Shown here one piece after another: positions 1 to 9,961 of a stretch of DNA of 64,000 nt. The notes under the pieces are model-generated. The model was not told where the DNA came from, ran no database searches, and worked only from the letters and a program-made list of their open reading frames with translations. How positions within the stretch are numbered: position 1 is the stretch's first letter; each line of letters begins with the position of its first letter. Source of the DNA: Candidatus Moraniibacteriota bacterium. GTDB taxonomy: Bacteria > Patescibacteriota > Minisyncoccia > Moranbacterales > UBA1568. Location: contig JBPOHW010000002.1 of NCBI GenBank assembly GCA_052035095.1, positions 11,405-75,404 on the forward strand. The letters are read 5' to 3'. The translations under genes were made by a program, and so were the position numbers.

Positions 1-435
1 CATATCGCCCATCACCTCCCGGTATTTCGGTTGGTGCACCTGAATAAATGACTCTTCCAAATCGCGCGATCCGATAACCACGTCATTTCCCGCCTGAAGC
101 GCCGGCAGAAATGTTTCGAGATGGGTAATCGCTGTCGAGCCGTCGGCATCCATAAAAAGTCGGTATTTCCCCTTCGCCTCAAGAAGCCCTTGGCGCACCA
201 CATATCCCTTGCCGTGATTTTGCGGATTATCAATGACCCGAATGTGATCCATCTGAAGCGCGTAGTTGCGCGCCACCTCCGCCGTATTGTCGGGCGATCC
301 GTCCACGACGACGAGGATTTCATAACTCATATCCTTCTGTTTGAAATACTTCCCGATATCAAGAAGCGTCGTCCCAATACGTTCTCCTTCTTTGTATGAA
401 GGAATAATAACCGAAATAAATGGTTGTGTTTCCAT
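1..435 (-). CDS. Glycosyltransferase family 2 (dolichyl-phosphate glucosyltransferase-like), truncated by window edge
   Basis: Manual translation from ATG at 435: METQPFISVIIPSYKEGERIG...VVVDGSPDNT...NHGKG...LFMDADGS; GT2 DXD motif; not in ORF track because it runs off the window. Confidence 0.88.
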   Translation of the reverse strand, partial: METQPFISVIIPSYKEGERIGTTLLDIGKYFKQKDMSYEILVVVDGSPDNTAEVARNYALQMDHIRVIDNPQNHGKGYVVRQGLLEAKGKYRLFMDADGSTAITHLETFLPALQAGNDVVIGSRDLEESFIQVHQPKYREVMGDM

Positions 436-479
436 AGAAAACAAGATGAAGAGAAATTAATCTTCGCAAGTTCATTGTA

Positions 480-896
480 TCACAATCTCCCCTGTCCCGC
501 GAGAAAACTCTCGAGGATAATACGCGCCGCCTCGCGATCGTCCATATCATCGAGACGACCGCGAATACCGCGTTCGATAAGTCCCGCGCGCGCCATTTTG
601 GTGGTGAACATTTCATTTTCGTAGTGAACGGGTATACGAAAACGCTCGGCGAGAATATTGCCAAGTCTTTCTCCGCCGTATTCGACGCGCTCGCGATTGA
701 TATGAGACGGGATGCCGATCACGATTTCGCGCACGTTCCGCTCGGCGATAATCCCGGCAAGCGCCTCAAGAAGCCGCGCGTCATGGGGAAGTGTCGTCAC
801 CGAAAACGCCATTCTCGTTTCCGAGTCCGCAATCGCCACTCCGATTTTTTTCTCCCCCCAATCAATGCCCAGATATGAAAAAACCTCTTGTGTCAT
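480..896 (-). CDS. ruvX: YqgF/RuvX pre-16S rRNA nuclease
   Basis: YLGIDWGEKKIGVAIAD, IVIGIP, NEMFTT, DREAARIILE motifs. Confidence 0.93.
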   Translation of the reverse strand: MTQEVFSYLGIDWGEKKIGVAIADSETRMAFSVTTLPHDARLLEALAGIIAERNVREIVIGIPSHINRERVEYGGERLGNILAERFRIPVHYENEMFTTKMARAGLIERGIRGRLDDMDDREAARIILESFLAGQGRL

Positions 897-1669
897 ACGG
901 TTGATCGCGTCACATTTTCGATGCCGCGTTCAGTAAGAATCACCGTGTCTTCGAAGTGCGCGCTCAGCCTTCCATCTTCGGTCGTAAACACCCAACCGTC
1001 CTTGCCGAGGCAAATCGCGTACTTGCCCGCGTTTACCATTGGCTCAAGCGCGACCGCCATACCGGCACGAAACTCAATATCTTTCATACCGGAAAAAATA
1101 TAGTTTGGAATTTGCGGAGGCTCGTGAAGCTCAAACCCAACCCCGTGTCCCACGAGATCTCGCACCACCGAAAAGCCGTTTGTCTCAACATATCGTTGCA
1201 CCGCCCTTCCGTAATCCGAGAGTTTTGCGCCGACTCGAATGGCGGAAATGCCGCAAAGAAGCGCCTCCTCGGTCACCCGCAGAAGCCGCTTCGCCGCATC
1301 CGACACCTCGCCAACCGCAAAGGTTCGCGCCATATCCGTGACCATCCCGCGAAAGCGAAGTCCCATATCTATTTTTACCAAGTCGCCCTCTCGAATAAGG
1401 CGCGTCTTTTTCGGAATACCGTGTACCACCTCATCGTTTATCGAAACGCAAATCGCCGCCGGAAATCCGCTCCCATATTCTTTGCCGTATCCCTTAAAAA
1501 CCGTCTCACTCCCCGACGCGAGTATCGCCCGCTCCGCCGCTTCGTCAAGCGAGAGCGTGGAAACTCCCGGACGAATCGCCGCTTCAACCGCGCGCATCAC
1601 GCCCGCAAGTCGCTTCCCGCTCTCCCGCAACGCCTCGAATTGTTCCGCGTTTTTGAGCCGAATATTCAT
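893..1669 (-). CDS. map: Methionine aminopeptidase type I
   Basis: CVSINDEVVHGIP, DMARTF, GHGVGFELHE, ALEPM, SAHFEDT. Confidence 0.97.
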   Translation of the reverse strand: MNIRLKNAEQFEALRESGKRLAGVMRAVEAAIRPGVSTLSLDEAAERAILASGSETVFKGYGKEYGSGFPAAICVSINDEVVHGIPKKTRLIREGDLVKIDMGLRFRGMVTDMARTFAVGEVSDAAKRLLRVTEEALLCGISAIRVGAKLSDYGRAVQRYVETNGFSVVRDLVGHGVGFELHEPPQIPNYIFSGMKDIEFRAGMAVALEPMVNAGKYAICLGKDGWVFTTEDGRLSAHFEDTVILTERGIENVTRSTV

Positions 1670-1676
1670 AGTATCT

Positions 1677-1822
1677 TTAGAACGTGTCTAAAAAGCTTCA
1701 CAAGACTGAAAATTTGAACGTTTTTCTGGGAAAAATTGTTTTTTTGCGGCTTTCGAACGAAGTGGAAGACAAGCAAAAAAATAATTTTTTCCAGAAAAGC
1801 GTGCTTCTTAGAAACGCTCTTA
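1677..1822. repeat. ~145-bp palindromic intergenic element (MITE/REP-like)
   Basis: Terminal IR TTAGAACGTGTCTAAAAAGC / GCTTCTTAGAAACGCTCTTA (16/20) and inner IR TTTTCTGGGAAAAATTGTTTTTTTGC / GCAAAAAAATAATTTTTTCCAGAAAA. Confidence 0.7.
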
Positions 1823-1921
1823 CAAAAAAACTCCAAAGTCCGGTGGACGTATCCTATCAAAGGAAACAAAAAGATTCAACAAAAGACGGGGTTTCCCCCG
1901 TCATCCACCCCTCAAAAAATC

Positions 1922-2584
1922 CTACACCCGCTCCAGTACTCTCCGGATATCTTCAAATATGGCAGCGGGATCTTTGGCGCCATCCACCTCGAGGAGCGCG
2001 CCCTTCTTTCGATAGTGTTCGACAACCGGCAATGTATCGGCGACGAAAATCTGATAACGTTTTTGGACTCCCTCCTCGGTATCATCTTTTCGTCGAGACA
2101 GCGTCGTTCCGCAAGCAGGGCAAATTTCCTCGCCCTTTCGAAAATCCACACCGGCGACAAATGGACGATTACATCGCGGACACATCCATCGGCAAGAAAT
2201 GCGCCGGATGGATTCTTCTTCCGAAAGCGCTACGTATATCGCGACATCCACTTCCCGCTCGAACGTCGCAAGCACTGCTTCCACAATGTCAATCTGCGTT
2301 TCTCTCCGAGGAGCGCCATCCAGAATGACCGAGGTGTCGGGTTGAATGGAGGCAAGCGCGCCCGAAAGCACTTCTTCCACGATATCATCCGGCACCAACC
2401 CCATGCGCGTGTTCATAATTTCGGAGATCTTCTCGCCAAGCGGCGTCTTCATTTCGGACGTCTTTCGAAGCGCGAGTCCCACATCGATATGCACCGCATT
2501 CATTTCGCGCACCAAGAAATCCGCCTGCGTGCTTTTCCCACTTCCCGGCGGTCCCAAGAGAATGGCGGTGAGCAGTCGAGTCAT
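1922..2584 (-). CDS. adk: Adenylate kinase (Zn-lid type)
   Basis: GPPGSGKSTQ P-loop, LDGAPR, CPRC..CPAC lid, RKDD; downstream of secY. Confidence 0.95.
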   Translation of the reverse strand: MTRLLTAILLGPPGSGKSTQADFLVREMNAVHIDVGLALRKTSEMKTPLGEKISEIMNTRMGLVPDDIVEEVLSGALASIQPDTSVILDGAPRRETQIDIVEAVLATFEREVDVAIYVALSEEESIRRISCRWMCPRCNRPFVAGVDFRKGEEICPACGTTLSRRKDDTEEGVQKRYQIFVADTLPVVEHYRKKGALLEVDGAKDPAAIFEDIRRVLERV

Positions 2585-2676
2585 ATGAAGAAAAAATAAA
2601 GTTTCAAAAACCAAAGAGGTCACTATCAGAATACCGTATTTTCCAAGAAGAAAAAAGCTATCCGACCAAATTTCTC

Positions 2677-3957
2677 TCAGAATCCTTCGTAGCTCCGCAT
2701 CGCGAGCTGACTTTGAATATGTTTCACCATTTCAAGAACTACCGAAACAACGATCAGAATACTGATGCCGCCAATCGTGAGAGACTGCACGCCAGTCAAA
2801 CCCTGAACGACAATCGGGAGAACCGCGACCGTCCCCAAAAACACCGCCCCGACGAGTGTCACGTGACCGAGTACCTTGGAAAGGTACTCAACCGTAGGCG
2901 TTCCCGGTCGAATGCCGGGCACGTACCCTCCCTGCTTCTGCAGATTATCGGCGATCTTGGTGGGATCGAAAATAACCGCGGTGTAAAAGTAGGTAAAGAG
3001 CACAACGAGCGCGAAGTAAAAAATTCCGTAAAACCACTGGTTCTGAAAGAGGTAGTACGCTTTGGAAGCGACGGAAACAATGGTCGGGTTGGTCGCCGTT
3101 TGCATCACGTAGCCCGCAACGACATTGGGAAGAATGATAAGCGACACGGCGAAAATAATCGGGATAACCCCTGCCTGATTGACCCGAAGCGGAAGATGGG
3201 TCGACGTCCCGGCCGCGGCAATACCGCCACGGATGCGCTTGGCGTAGGAAATCGGAATCGTTCGCTGCGCTTCGTTTACAAACACGATACCGGCAACCAT
3301 AAGAAGCGCCACCGCGGCAAACACGAGATTGTTGAAAAAATCATCGGGATTTTGTCCAATCGTGTCAAAAAATCGTATGACGATCGCGGGAATTCCCGCC
3401 ATAATGCCCGCAAAAATCATAATCGAGACACCGTTCCCGAGACCCTTTTCGGTAATGAGTTCGCCAAACCACATCAGGAGTATCGTTCCCGCCGTCGCAA
3501 TCACGACCATCGCCGCCGTGTCAAAGGCCGTGATATCTCCCAAAACATTCTGCGAACGAAGAAGCGCGATCATGCTAAAGGTCTGCAGAACGGCAAGCGG
3601 AATCGTGAGCCACCGCGTAATCATATTGAATTTCTGCCGACCCGCTTCCCCTTCTTCCTTGTACATTTGCTCGACGCGAGGCACAACCGTCGTCATAAGT
3701 TGCATAATGATGGAAGCGGTGATATAGGGGGCAACGCCGAGAAGGACAATCGACACGTTTGAAAGTCCACCGCCCGAAAAAACATTGAGGAGTCCCAAGA
3801 ACTGATTCTCATCAAAAAAACGTTGAAGTCTCGAGACGTCAACGCCGGGAAGCGGCACAACCGCCGCAATACGATATGCCACGAGCGCGCCAAAGATAAA
3901 GAGGAGTTTCCCGCGTAGCTCCTTTTCCGAAAAAATACGAACCAGTGTCGCGTACAT
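2677..3957 (-). CDS. secY: Preprotein translocase SecY
   Basis: LGVAPYITASIIMQL, GLGNGVS, VIPIIFA, PGIRPG motifs; spc operon position. Confidence 0.98.
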   Translation of the reverse strand: MYATLVRIFSEKELRGKLLFIFGALVAYRIAAVVPLPGVDVSRLQRFFDENQFLGLLNVFSGGGLSNVSIVLLGVAPYITASIIMQLMTTVVPRVEQMYKEEGEAGRQKFNMITRWLTIPLAVLQTFSMIALLRSQNVLGDITAFDTAAMVVIATAGTILLMWFGELITEKGLGNGVSIMIFAGIMAGIPAIVIRFFDTIGQNPDDFFNNLVFAAVALLMVAGIVFVNEAQRTIPISYAKRIRGGIAAAGTSTHLPLRVNQAGVIPIIFAVSLIILPNVVAGYVMQTATNPTIVSVASKAYYLFQNQWFYGIFYFALVVLFTYFYTAVIFDPTKIADNLQKQGGYVPGIRPGTPTVEYLSKVLGHVTLVGAVFLGTVAVLPIVVQGLTGVQSLTIGGISILIVVSVVLEMVKHIQSQLAMRSYEGF

Positions 3958-4019
3958 AGGGGTAAGCTACCAACTGACAACGAACAAGGAAAGCTGAACA
4001 GTAAAAACCAGTACAAACG

Positions 4020-4457
4020 TCAGCGATTGAGAGTCGAGCCTTGACCCTCGATTATTTTCCGGACGCCCTCCGACAAAGAGAGGGTCGCGTCAAACAAGAG
4101 TCCTTTCGGAATCGTTCCCGTTCCGATTATTTTGACTCCGCTTTTCAAAATATCTTTCGAAGCCAGCTTTTTCGCGAGAAGCGTTTCCGGAGAGACGGTC
4201 TCTCCCGCCGAAAAAGCGCGAGCGATATCGGAGAGTTTGACGAAAGGCTTCTTGGCGTGAGGTGACTTGAAACCGCGTACTTTCTTCAAACGTTCAACCA
4301 ATGAACATCGTCCACCCTCAAAGAGCGGATTCACATGCGCGCCCGAACGAGCCTTCTGACCCTTATTGCCGCGACCGGAATACGTACCGCGTTTGCCGCC
4401 CCGCCCGATTCGCTTTCGGCCCTTTTTTTTCCCGACGGAAAGTTCATGAATTTGCAT
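4020..4457 (-). CDS. rplO: 50S ribosomal protein uL15
   Basis: RIGRGGKRGTYSGRGNKGQKARSG, FEGG; start moved to MQIHEL. Confidence 0.96.
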   Translation of the reverse strand: MQIHELSVGKKKGRKRIGRGGKRGTYSGRGNKGQKARSGAHVNPLFEGGRCSLVERLKKVRGFKSPHAKKPFVKLSDIARAFSAGETVSPETLLAKKLASKDILKSGVKIIGTGTIPKGLLFDATLSLSEGVRKIIEGQGSTLNR

Positions 4458-4476
4458 AGAGGATACACAGAAGAAT

Positions 4477-5067
4477 TTACACGGTCGGCTTTTCAGCCCC
4501 CGGTGTTTCAATTTCAATTTCCTTTCCCGTTTTCGAGACAGCCTTCGACTCCGAAGAAACAGGCAATTCAATAGCAGTATCTTTCCCTTCCTCGCGCGCA
4601 TTCTTCACTCGAAATCGAGACAATGCCAAAACGGTCGCGCGCGCGACATTCAGGGGATTGGAAGCGCCAAGCGACTTCGAAACGATATCTTTTATGCCGG
4701 CCAAATCCATCACCGCCCGTACCGCGCCTCCGGCGATAATCCCTTGACCGGGAATGCCGGGCTTGAGAAGTATCGTCGCGCTCCCGAGTTTTTCACGCAC
4801 ATCATGCGGTATGGTCGAACCGGCAAGTGCAACCGAAACCAAGTTTCGTTTCGCGTCATTGAAAGATTTTTGAATCGCGTCCGATACGTCGGAACCTTTG
4901 GCAACCCCGACACCAACCTTTCCCTTTCGATTGCCAATGACAAGCGTCGCTCGAAAACGAAAACGCCGACCGCCTTTTACGACACGCGTCACTCGGGCAA
5001 GGTTGAGGAGCTTCTGATCATATTCCGGCTTCTCCCGCCGCTTCGGTTTTCTCATTTGCTTGGACAT
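4477..5067 (-). CDS. rpsE: 30S ribosomal protein uS5 (C-terminal extension)
   Basis: RVTRVVKGGRRFRF, GIIAGGAVR, SKSLG. Confidence 0.97.
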   Translation of the reverse strand: MSKQMRKPKRREKPEYDQKLLNLARVTRVVKGGRRFRFRATLVIGNRKGKVGVGVAKGSDVSDAIQKSFNDAKRNLVSVALAGSTIPHDVREKLGSATILLKPGIPGQGIIAGGAVRAVMDLAGIKDIVSKSLGASNPLNVARATVLALSRFRVKNAREEGKDTAIELPVSSESKAVSKTGKEIEIETPGAEKPTV

Positions 5068-5155
5068 AGATTCATCGGAAAATTACAAATTTCAAATATC
5101 AAATGGTAAAATAATTTTCGAATTTCAAAATTTGAAACGTATCACTTGAAATTAT

Positions 5156-5515
5156 TTAGAGCGTCAATCCTCCCTCTCTCGCGCCCTCTGCAAGCGCCTT
5201 CACCCGACCGTGGTACCGGTAGCCGTTTCGATCGAAAACAGCGCGCTGTATTCCGGAATCGAGGCACTTCTTCGCCAATAGCTTCCCAACCTCTCTCGCT
5301 CCCGCAACCGTATTGGCTTTTTTTCCTTTTGGCAACTCCCGAAGATACGCCGAACACAGCGTCTTCCCTGACACATCATCAATCGCCTGTGCGGAAATGC
5401 CGCGAAGACTTCGAAAGACCGACAGCCTCGGGCATTCCGGCGCGCCGGAAACGCGCGCTCGAACCCGATTCTTTCGGAAAAACCGTCCGATATTTTTGGT
5501 ATGCGACCCTGTCAT
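5156..5515 (-). CDS. rplR: 50S ribosomal protein uL18
   Basis: PRLSVFRS, FDRNGYRYHGRVKALA. Confidence 0.97.
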   Translation of the reverse strand: MTGSHTKNIGRFFRKNRVRARVSGAPECPRLSVFRSLRGISAQAIDDVSGKTLCSAYLRELPKGKKANTVAGAREVGKLLAKKCLDSGIQRAVFDRNGYRYHGRVKALAEGAREGGLTL

Positions 5516-5527
5516 ACATTTCGGAAA

Positions 5528-6064
5528 TTATGCGGCTGATTTCTTCCCTTCCTTCCTTAACACCACTTCTCCAACATAGCGGAACCCCTTGCCTTTGTAC
5601 GGCTCAACCGGTTTCAACTTCTTGATTTCCGCGGCAAATTGCCCGACCGATTGTTTGTCAATTCCGGAAAGCGTGAGGACATTGTTTTCTATTTTTGCAA
5701 GAATCCCCTCGGGAACAGTCACTTCAACGGGATGCGAAAAGCCAAGCGCAAACACAAGTTTTTTTCCCTGAAGCGCCATTCGGAAACCGACGCCGTTCAA
5801 CTCCAATTGCTTTGAAAATCCTTCCGTCACGCCCGTCACCATATTGCGAATCAAGCGAGCCGTCGTCCCCCAGAGCGCCGGCGCCATTTTTGACTTCCCC
5901 GTCTTCTCAACTCGCGCCTCATTGTTTTCAATGTGAACCGAAACTTCATAATGGTGCGCCAAAGAAAGCGTTCCTTTGGGACCCTTTACCGTCACCATAT
6001 TCCCCGAAAGCGATGCTTCGACTCCCGCCGGAATACCTATGGATTGTTTGCCGATTCTACTCAT
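5528..6064 (-). CDS. rplF: 50S ribosomal protein uL6
   Basis: MSRIGK, GPKG, EPYKGKG. Confidence 0.97.
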   Translation of the reverse strand: MSRIGKQSIGIPAGVEASLSGNMVTVKGPKGTLSLAHHYEVSVHIENNEARVEKTGKSKMAPALWGTTARLIRNMVTGVTEGFSKQLELNGVGFRMALQGKKLVFALGFSHPVEVTVPEGILAKIENNVLTLSGIDKQSVGQFAAEIKKLKPVEPYKGKGFRYVGEVVLRKEGKKSAA

Positions 6065-6126
6065 AAAAAATATTTGAAGTCGAGAGTTGTCAGTTGATAG
6101 TTATTCGTTGAAGGTTAGCAGTTATA

Positions 6127-6534
6127 TTACCATACCTCGCAAATGTACTCTCCGCCCAATCCGGAATGATACGCCTCCGTTCCCGTCATTACCCCCTTCG
6201 ATGTTGAGACGATGGCGCAACCGAAACCGTTTTTCACCTTGCGAATTTCCTCGCGCTTCACATATCGCCTCTGCCCCCCGCGACTCACACGGCGAAGACC
6301 TCGGATAGCCGGATCGAGTTGCGTCGGGGAAACACGGTGATACCGAAGTACGACAAAGAGACGTTTTCCATGTCCCCCCTCAGCATCTTCCTCCGTCACC
6401 TGCTCCACAAAACCTCGACGCTCGAGGATGCGAGCAATCGAAAGTTTCACCTTTGACGAAGGAAATGTAACCGAGGTATGCCCGGCCATCTGCGCGTTTC
6501 GGATTTTTGTCAACATGTTTGCGATATGATCCAT
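6127..6534 (-). CDS. rpsH: 30S ribosomal protein uS8
   Basis: MDHIANMLTKIRNA, STSKGVMT, GLGGE..CEVW. Confidence 0.96.
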   Translation of the reverse strand: MDHIANMLTKIRNAQMAGHTSVTFPSSKVKLSIARILERRGFVEQVTEEDAEGGHGKRLFVVLRYHRVSPTQLDPAIRGLRRVSRGGQRRYVKREEIRKVKNGFGCAIVSTSKGVMTGTEAYHSGLGGEYICEVW

Positions 6535-6538
6535 AGAA

Positions 6539-6724
6539 TTACCATGAAGATTTTCGAACACCCGGAACCTCTCCCCGACTCGCCAGCTCTCGAAAACAAA
6601 TACGACAGAGATCGAATTTTCGAAGATAGCCATGCTTCCTCCCACACCGCCAGCATCGGCGCACGATTCGAGTGGAAAATTTCGGTTGTTTTCGGGCTCG
6701 CGCCGCAGTGGATGTCTTTGCCAT
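6539..6724 (-). CDS. rpsN: 30S ribosomal protein uS14, Zn-binding type
   Basis: CWRCGR...[14 protein letters not shown]. Confidence 0.97.
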   Translation of the reverse strand: MAKTSTAARARKQPKFSTRIVRRCWRCGRKHGYLRKFDLCRICFRELASRGEVPGVRKSSW

Positions 6725-6733
6725 AGATGTTTT

Positions 6734-7303
6734 TTACGCGTCCATACCTTCGCGAATCGGAAATCCGAGAGATTGCGCAAGTACCAAGCCTTCTTTGCGA
6801 GTTTTCGCCGTAGTCACGACATTCACCTGAAACCCAAAGGGCGTTTGAACTTTCTCCGGGACAATTTCGGGAAATACGCTGTGTTCACGAATACCGACAT
6901 TGATATTGCCGCAGGCGTCAACCGTCGAAGGCGATATCCCTTGAAAATCGCGCACACGCGGAAAGGCTGTCTTTATCAAGCGATCCAAGAAATCCCACAT
7001 TCGATTCCCTCGAAGCGTCACGCGTACGCCAACCGCAAGACCCTCTCGGATTTTGAATCCGGCAATCGCTTTCTTCGCCTGCGTCAAAACCGGCTTCTGT
7101 CCGGCGATATCCGTCATTGATCGGAGAATCTCCTCAACGCGAGCCTCTTCCTTGATAAATTTCCCAATACCAGCATTGAGCACCACCTTCTCAATACGAG
7201 CAACCGAAAACGGATTCGAACGCCCGGAAGCGACCAAAAGCGCCGGGAGTGAAACAGTCCGGTACACCGTCTTCAGAGGAATTTTTACATCAACTCGTTG
7301 CAT
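6734..7303 (-). CDS. rplE: 50S ribosomal protein uL5
   Basis: IEKVVLNAG, GQKPV, AGFKIREG, PRVRDF. Confidence 0.97.
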   Translation of the reverse strand: MQRVDVKIPLKTVYRTVSLPALLVASGRSNPFSVARIEKVVLNAGIGKFIKEEARVEEILRSMTDIAGQKPVLTQAKKAIAGFKIREGLAVGVRVTLRGNRMWDFLDRLIKTAFPRVRDFQGISPSTVDACGNINVGIREHSVFPEIVPEKVQTPFGFQVNVVTTAKTRKEGLVLAQSLGFPIREGMDA

Positions 7304-7353
7304 ACATGAAATGAAAAGTGAGTAGTGAGGAGTAAGAAAGTGATCAATTATCA

Positions 7354-7409
7354 GTTGTCTGTTGTCTGTTGTCTGTTGTCTGTTGTCTGTTGTCTGTTGT
7401 CTGTTGTCA
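7354..7409. repeat. Tandem heptanucleotide repeat (GTTGTCT)x7 plus GTTGTCA
   Basis: Directly visible in the rplX-rplE spacer. Confidence 0.95.
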
Positions 7410-7421
7410 GTTGAAAGCTTT

Positions 7422-7730
7422 TTACGCTATCGGCTTCTTGGCTTGCTTACTCATGCGAACTTTCTCGCCCGCCTCCATTTTGTATCCAATCCTCGTCAGC
7501 TTCCCCGTATGGGGACACACGAGCATTGCTTTACTTGCCGCAAATGGCGTTGTCACTTCTATTCGCTCGCCCTTTTTCCCTTCTTTTCGGGACTTTATAT
7601 GCTTTTTGCGAATATTCACCCCTTCAACCACAATCCGTCCAAGCGCGGGAAGCGTACGGAGTATGGAACCCCGCTTTCCTTTGTCCTTTCCGGTTATAAT
7701 TTCGACTTCATCGCCTTTCTTGAACTTCAT
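7422..7730 (-). CDS. rplX: 50S ribosomal protein uL24
   Basis: MKFKKGDEVEIITGKDKGK KOW motif, VEGVN. Confidence 0.96.
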   Translation of the reverse strand: MKFKKGDEVEIITGKDKGKRGSILRTLPALGRIVVEGVNIRKKHIKSRKEGKKGERIEVTTPFAASKAMLVCPHTGKLTRIGYKMEAGEKVRMSKQAKKPIA

Positions 7731-7772
7731 AGGAAAAAAGTGTTGTAATTCAAATCTCTGCTTTCGTAGGAG

Positions 7773-7860
7773 ATGCCTCGATCCCAAAAAACAATTTTTC
7801 TCACATACTCCTCTCTATCGGAGCAAACTTTCGAAAAATTATTTTTTGCGATCTCGGCAT
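7773..7860. repeat. 88-bp palindromic intergenic element
   Basis: 28-bp imperfect IR ATGCCTCGATCCCAAAAAACAATTTTTC / GAAAAATTATTTTTTGCGATCTCGGCAT. Confidence 0.7.
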
Positions 7861-7899
7861 ACGAAATAAAACTGGGGGAACTTTACAGTATTACGTTTG

Positions 7900-8265
7900 T
7901 CAGACCACCTCCGGCGCCAGTGAAACAATTTTTGCAAAACCGCGATCACGAACCTCCCGAGCAATAGGACCGAATACCCGTGATCCCTTTGGATCCGTCC
8001 CTTCGAGAATCACGGCGGCATTCTCATCAAAACGAATAAAGGAATTGTCGCGACGACGATATGCTTCCTTTTGTCGGACGATAACCGCTTTCACCTTATC
8101 GCCCTTTTTCACCAACCCCCTCGGCTGAGAGGACTTAACCGACGCAACAATGATATCTCCGAGCGCCGCGTAGCGCCGACGCGTCCCGCCAAGCACCTTG
8201 AAACACTCGATCACGATCGCTCCGGTATTATCCGCCACTCTGAGTTTTGTCTCCGCTTGAATCAT
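7900..8265 (-). CDS. rplN: 50S ribosomal protein uL14
   Basis: [32 protein letters not shown]. Confidence 0.98.
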   Translation of the reverse strand: MIQAETKLRVADNTGAIVIECFKVLGGTRRRYAALGDIIVASVKSSQPRGLVKKGDKVKAVIVRQKEAYRRRDNSFIRFDENAAVILEGTDPKGSRVFGPIAREVRDRGFAKIVSLAPEVV

Positions 8266-8285
8266 AATACGCGCTTCAATATTCG

Positions 8286-8564
8286 CTATTTTTTTGAAAC
8301 AATAACCTCGTGCCGCTTATGACGACTCACCGGCGGACACTCCCGAAACTCCACTATCTCGCCAACCGTATGTCGATTTTCCGGATCATGCACCTGAAAA
8401 CGCCTCGTTGAACGGTATTTCTTCCGATACTTCGGATGCGTCTTCAGTGTTTCCACGGAAACAACGATAGTCTTCTCCATCGCGTCACTCACCACCACGC
8501 CTCGAAAAATCGGCGCTCTGGAAAGCTGTCGCGTTTCAGATTTTGGTTCCAATTCTTTTTCCAT
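8286..8564 (-). CDS. rpsQ: 30S ribosomal protein uS17
   Basis: [30 protein letters not shown]. Confidence 0.95.
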   Translation of the reverse strand: MEKELEPKSETRQLSRAPIFRGVVVSDAMEKTIVVSVETLKTHPKYRKKYRSTRRFQVHDPENRHTVGEIVEFRECPPVSRHKRHEVIVSKK

Positions 8565-8581
8565 ACCCAAAAACAAGCATA

Positions 8582-8767
8582 TTATACTCGCTCGCACAGC
8601 ACCGTAAGCATTCGCGCGATATCTCGGCGAAGCCGTCGGTGTTCCTGGTGATTTTTCGCTTCGCGCTCGGCGATTTGAAATCGAACCACCCGAAGTGCCT
8701 CACGATTCTCTCGAATCGCCGCTTCCAAATCTTCTCGACTTTTTTCTCTGATTTCAGTCATTTTCAT
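8582..8767 (-). CDS. rpmC: 50S ribosomal protein uL29
   Basis: RRDIARMLT motif and synteny. Confidence 0.92.
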   Translation of the reverse strand: MKMTEIREKSREDLEAAIRENREALRVVRFQIAEREAKNHQEHRRLRRDIARMLTVLCERV

Positions 8768-8810
8768 AGGAAGTGTTCAGTCTATACCCTTTTCCGCAAA
8801 AAATCAACTC

Positions 8811-9221
8811 CTACTCGGAAACCACAAATTTTGTTTTGACCGATAACTTGTACGCCGCGAGTTTCATCGCTTTTTGGGCGACGTCCCGAGAGACACCATC
8901 CATTTCAAACAACACCCGACCGGCAAACACTTTGGCGACAAAATGATCTACCGATCCCTTTCCCTTTCCCATCGGCGTTTCATCTCCCTTTTTTGTCATT
9001 GGTTTATCGGGAAAGATTCGGATCCACACCTTGCCACCGCGCTGAACGGAGCGCGTCATAGCGCGACGCGCCGCTTCAATTTGTCGCGCGGACACCAATC
9101 CGGCCTCCGTCGCTTTGAGTCCGAAACCTCCGAAGCTTACCCGATTACCGGAATACGAAATTCCCTCGACCTTTCCGCCGCGATGAATCTTCCGGTGTTT
9201 GACTTTTTTCGGCATCAACAT
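8811..9221 (-). CDS. rplP: 50S ribosomal protein uL16
   Basis: [33 protein letters not shown]. Confidence 0.97.
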   Translation of the reverse strand: MLMPKKVKHRKIHRGGKVEGISYSGNRVSFGGFGLKATEAGLVSARQIEAARRAMTRSVQRGGKVWIRIFPDKPMTKKGDETPMGKGKGSVDHFVAKVFAGRVLFEMDGVSRDVAQKAMKLAAYKLSVKTKFVVSE

Positions 9222-9269
9222 AAGAGTACGCTCACATCCAAAGATCAACCTCTAACAATCAACATTCGA

Positions 9270-9911
9270 TTAATTAAACTTCTCTCCGCGATACAGCCAT
9301 ACCTTGACTCCGATCGCCCCATAGGTCGTCCGCGCCGTCGCCTTTGAAAAATCGATATCCGCGCGAAGCGTATGGAGCGGGAGCGTCCCTCGAGAAAGCC
9401 ATTCTCGTCTCGACATTTCCGCGCCGCCCAATCGCCCGGATACTTCAATCTTCACTCCGCGAATCGAGCGATTCTTTTCCACTTGATCAAGCGTCCCTTT
9501 CAAAACCCGGCGAAACGGAAGTCGACGTTCAAGTTGTTCCGCAACTTGCTCCGCCACGAGATGTGCGTTCTCTTCGAAATGCTTCACTTCCTGCACATCC
9601 ACTTTGAGATCGACTCGACGACCGGCAAAAAATCGCCGCTTTATAACGCGCGTCAAATCTTCGATTCCGGTTCCGCCGCGACCGATAAGAACGCCGGGTC
9701 GAGACGTACCAATCACGAGGCGAACCGCTCCCGACGACCGCTCGATTTCAACCCCGGCTATTCCCGCGGCCTTCCATGTTTCCATAACAAACTCGCGAAT
9801 CGCAATATCTTCGCGAAGGTGTTTCTGGTACAACTTCCCGCCAAACCACCGCGACTTCCACAGCGCCGTGATACCGATTCGCATGCCGATTGGATTTGCT
9901 TTATGACCCAT
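9270..9911 (-). CDS. rpsC: 30S ribosomal protein uS3
   Basis: MGHKANPIG, RPGVLIGRGG, GRLGGAE, PLHTLRADID. Confidence 0.98.
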   Translation of the reverse strand: MGHKANPIGMRIGITALWKSRWFGGKLYQKHLREDIAIREFVMETWKAAGIAGVEIERSSGAVRLVIGTSRPGVLIGRGGTGIEDLTRVIKRRFFAGRRVDLKVDVQEVKHFEENAHLVAEQVAEQLERRLPFRRVLKGTLDQVEKNRSIRGVKIEVSGRLGGAEMSRREWLSRGTLPLHTLRADIDFSKATARTTYGAIGVKVWLYRGEKFN

Positions 9912-9961
9912 AAGAAACGTGTGCTAGATACCGTACAAAAATTGCATCCGAATATGAAAAC

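Noticed and set aside
2713-3762. Long antisense ORFs (also 956-1717, 38233-39123, 52986-54014, 53674-54798)
   Set aside because: Shadow frames opposite well-supported genes, with no recognisable motifs
4457-4477. No rpmD (uL30) between rpsE and rplO
   Set aside because: Established CPR trait; useful for taxonomy but not novel
7354-7409. Tandem repeats as a possible CRISPR array
   Set aside because: 7-bp units without spacers and no cas genes; the overlapping SVVCCLL ORFs are repeat artefacts
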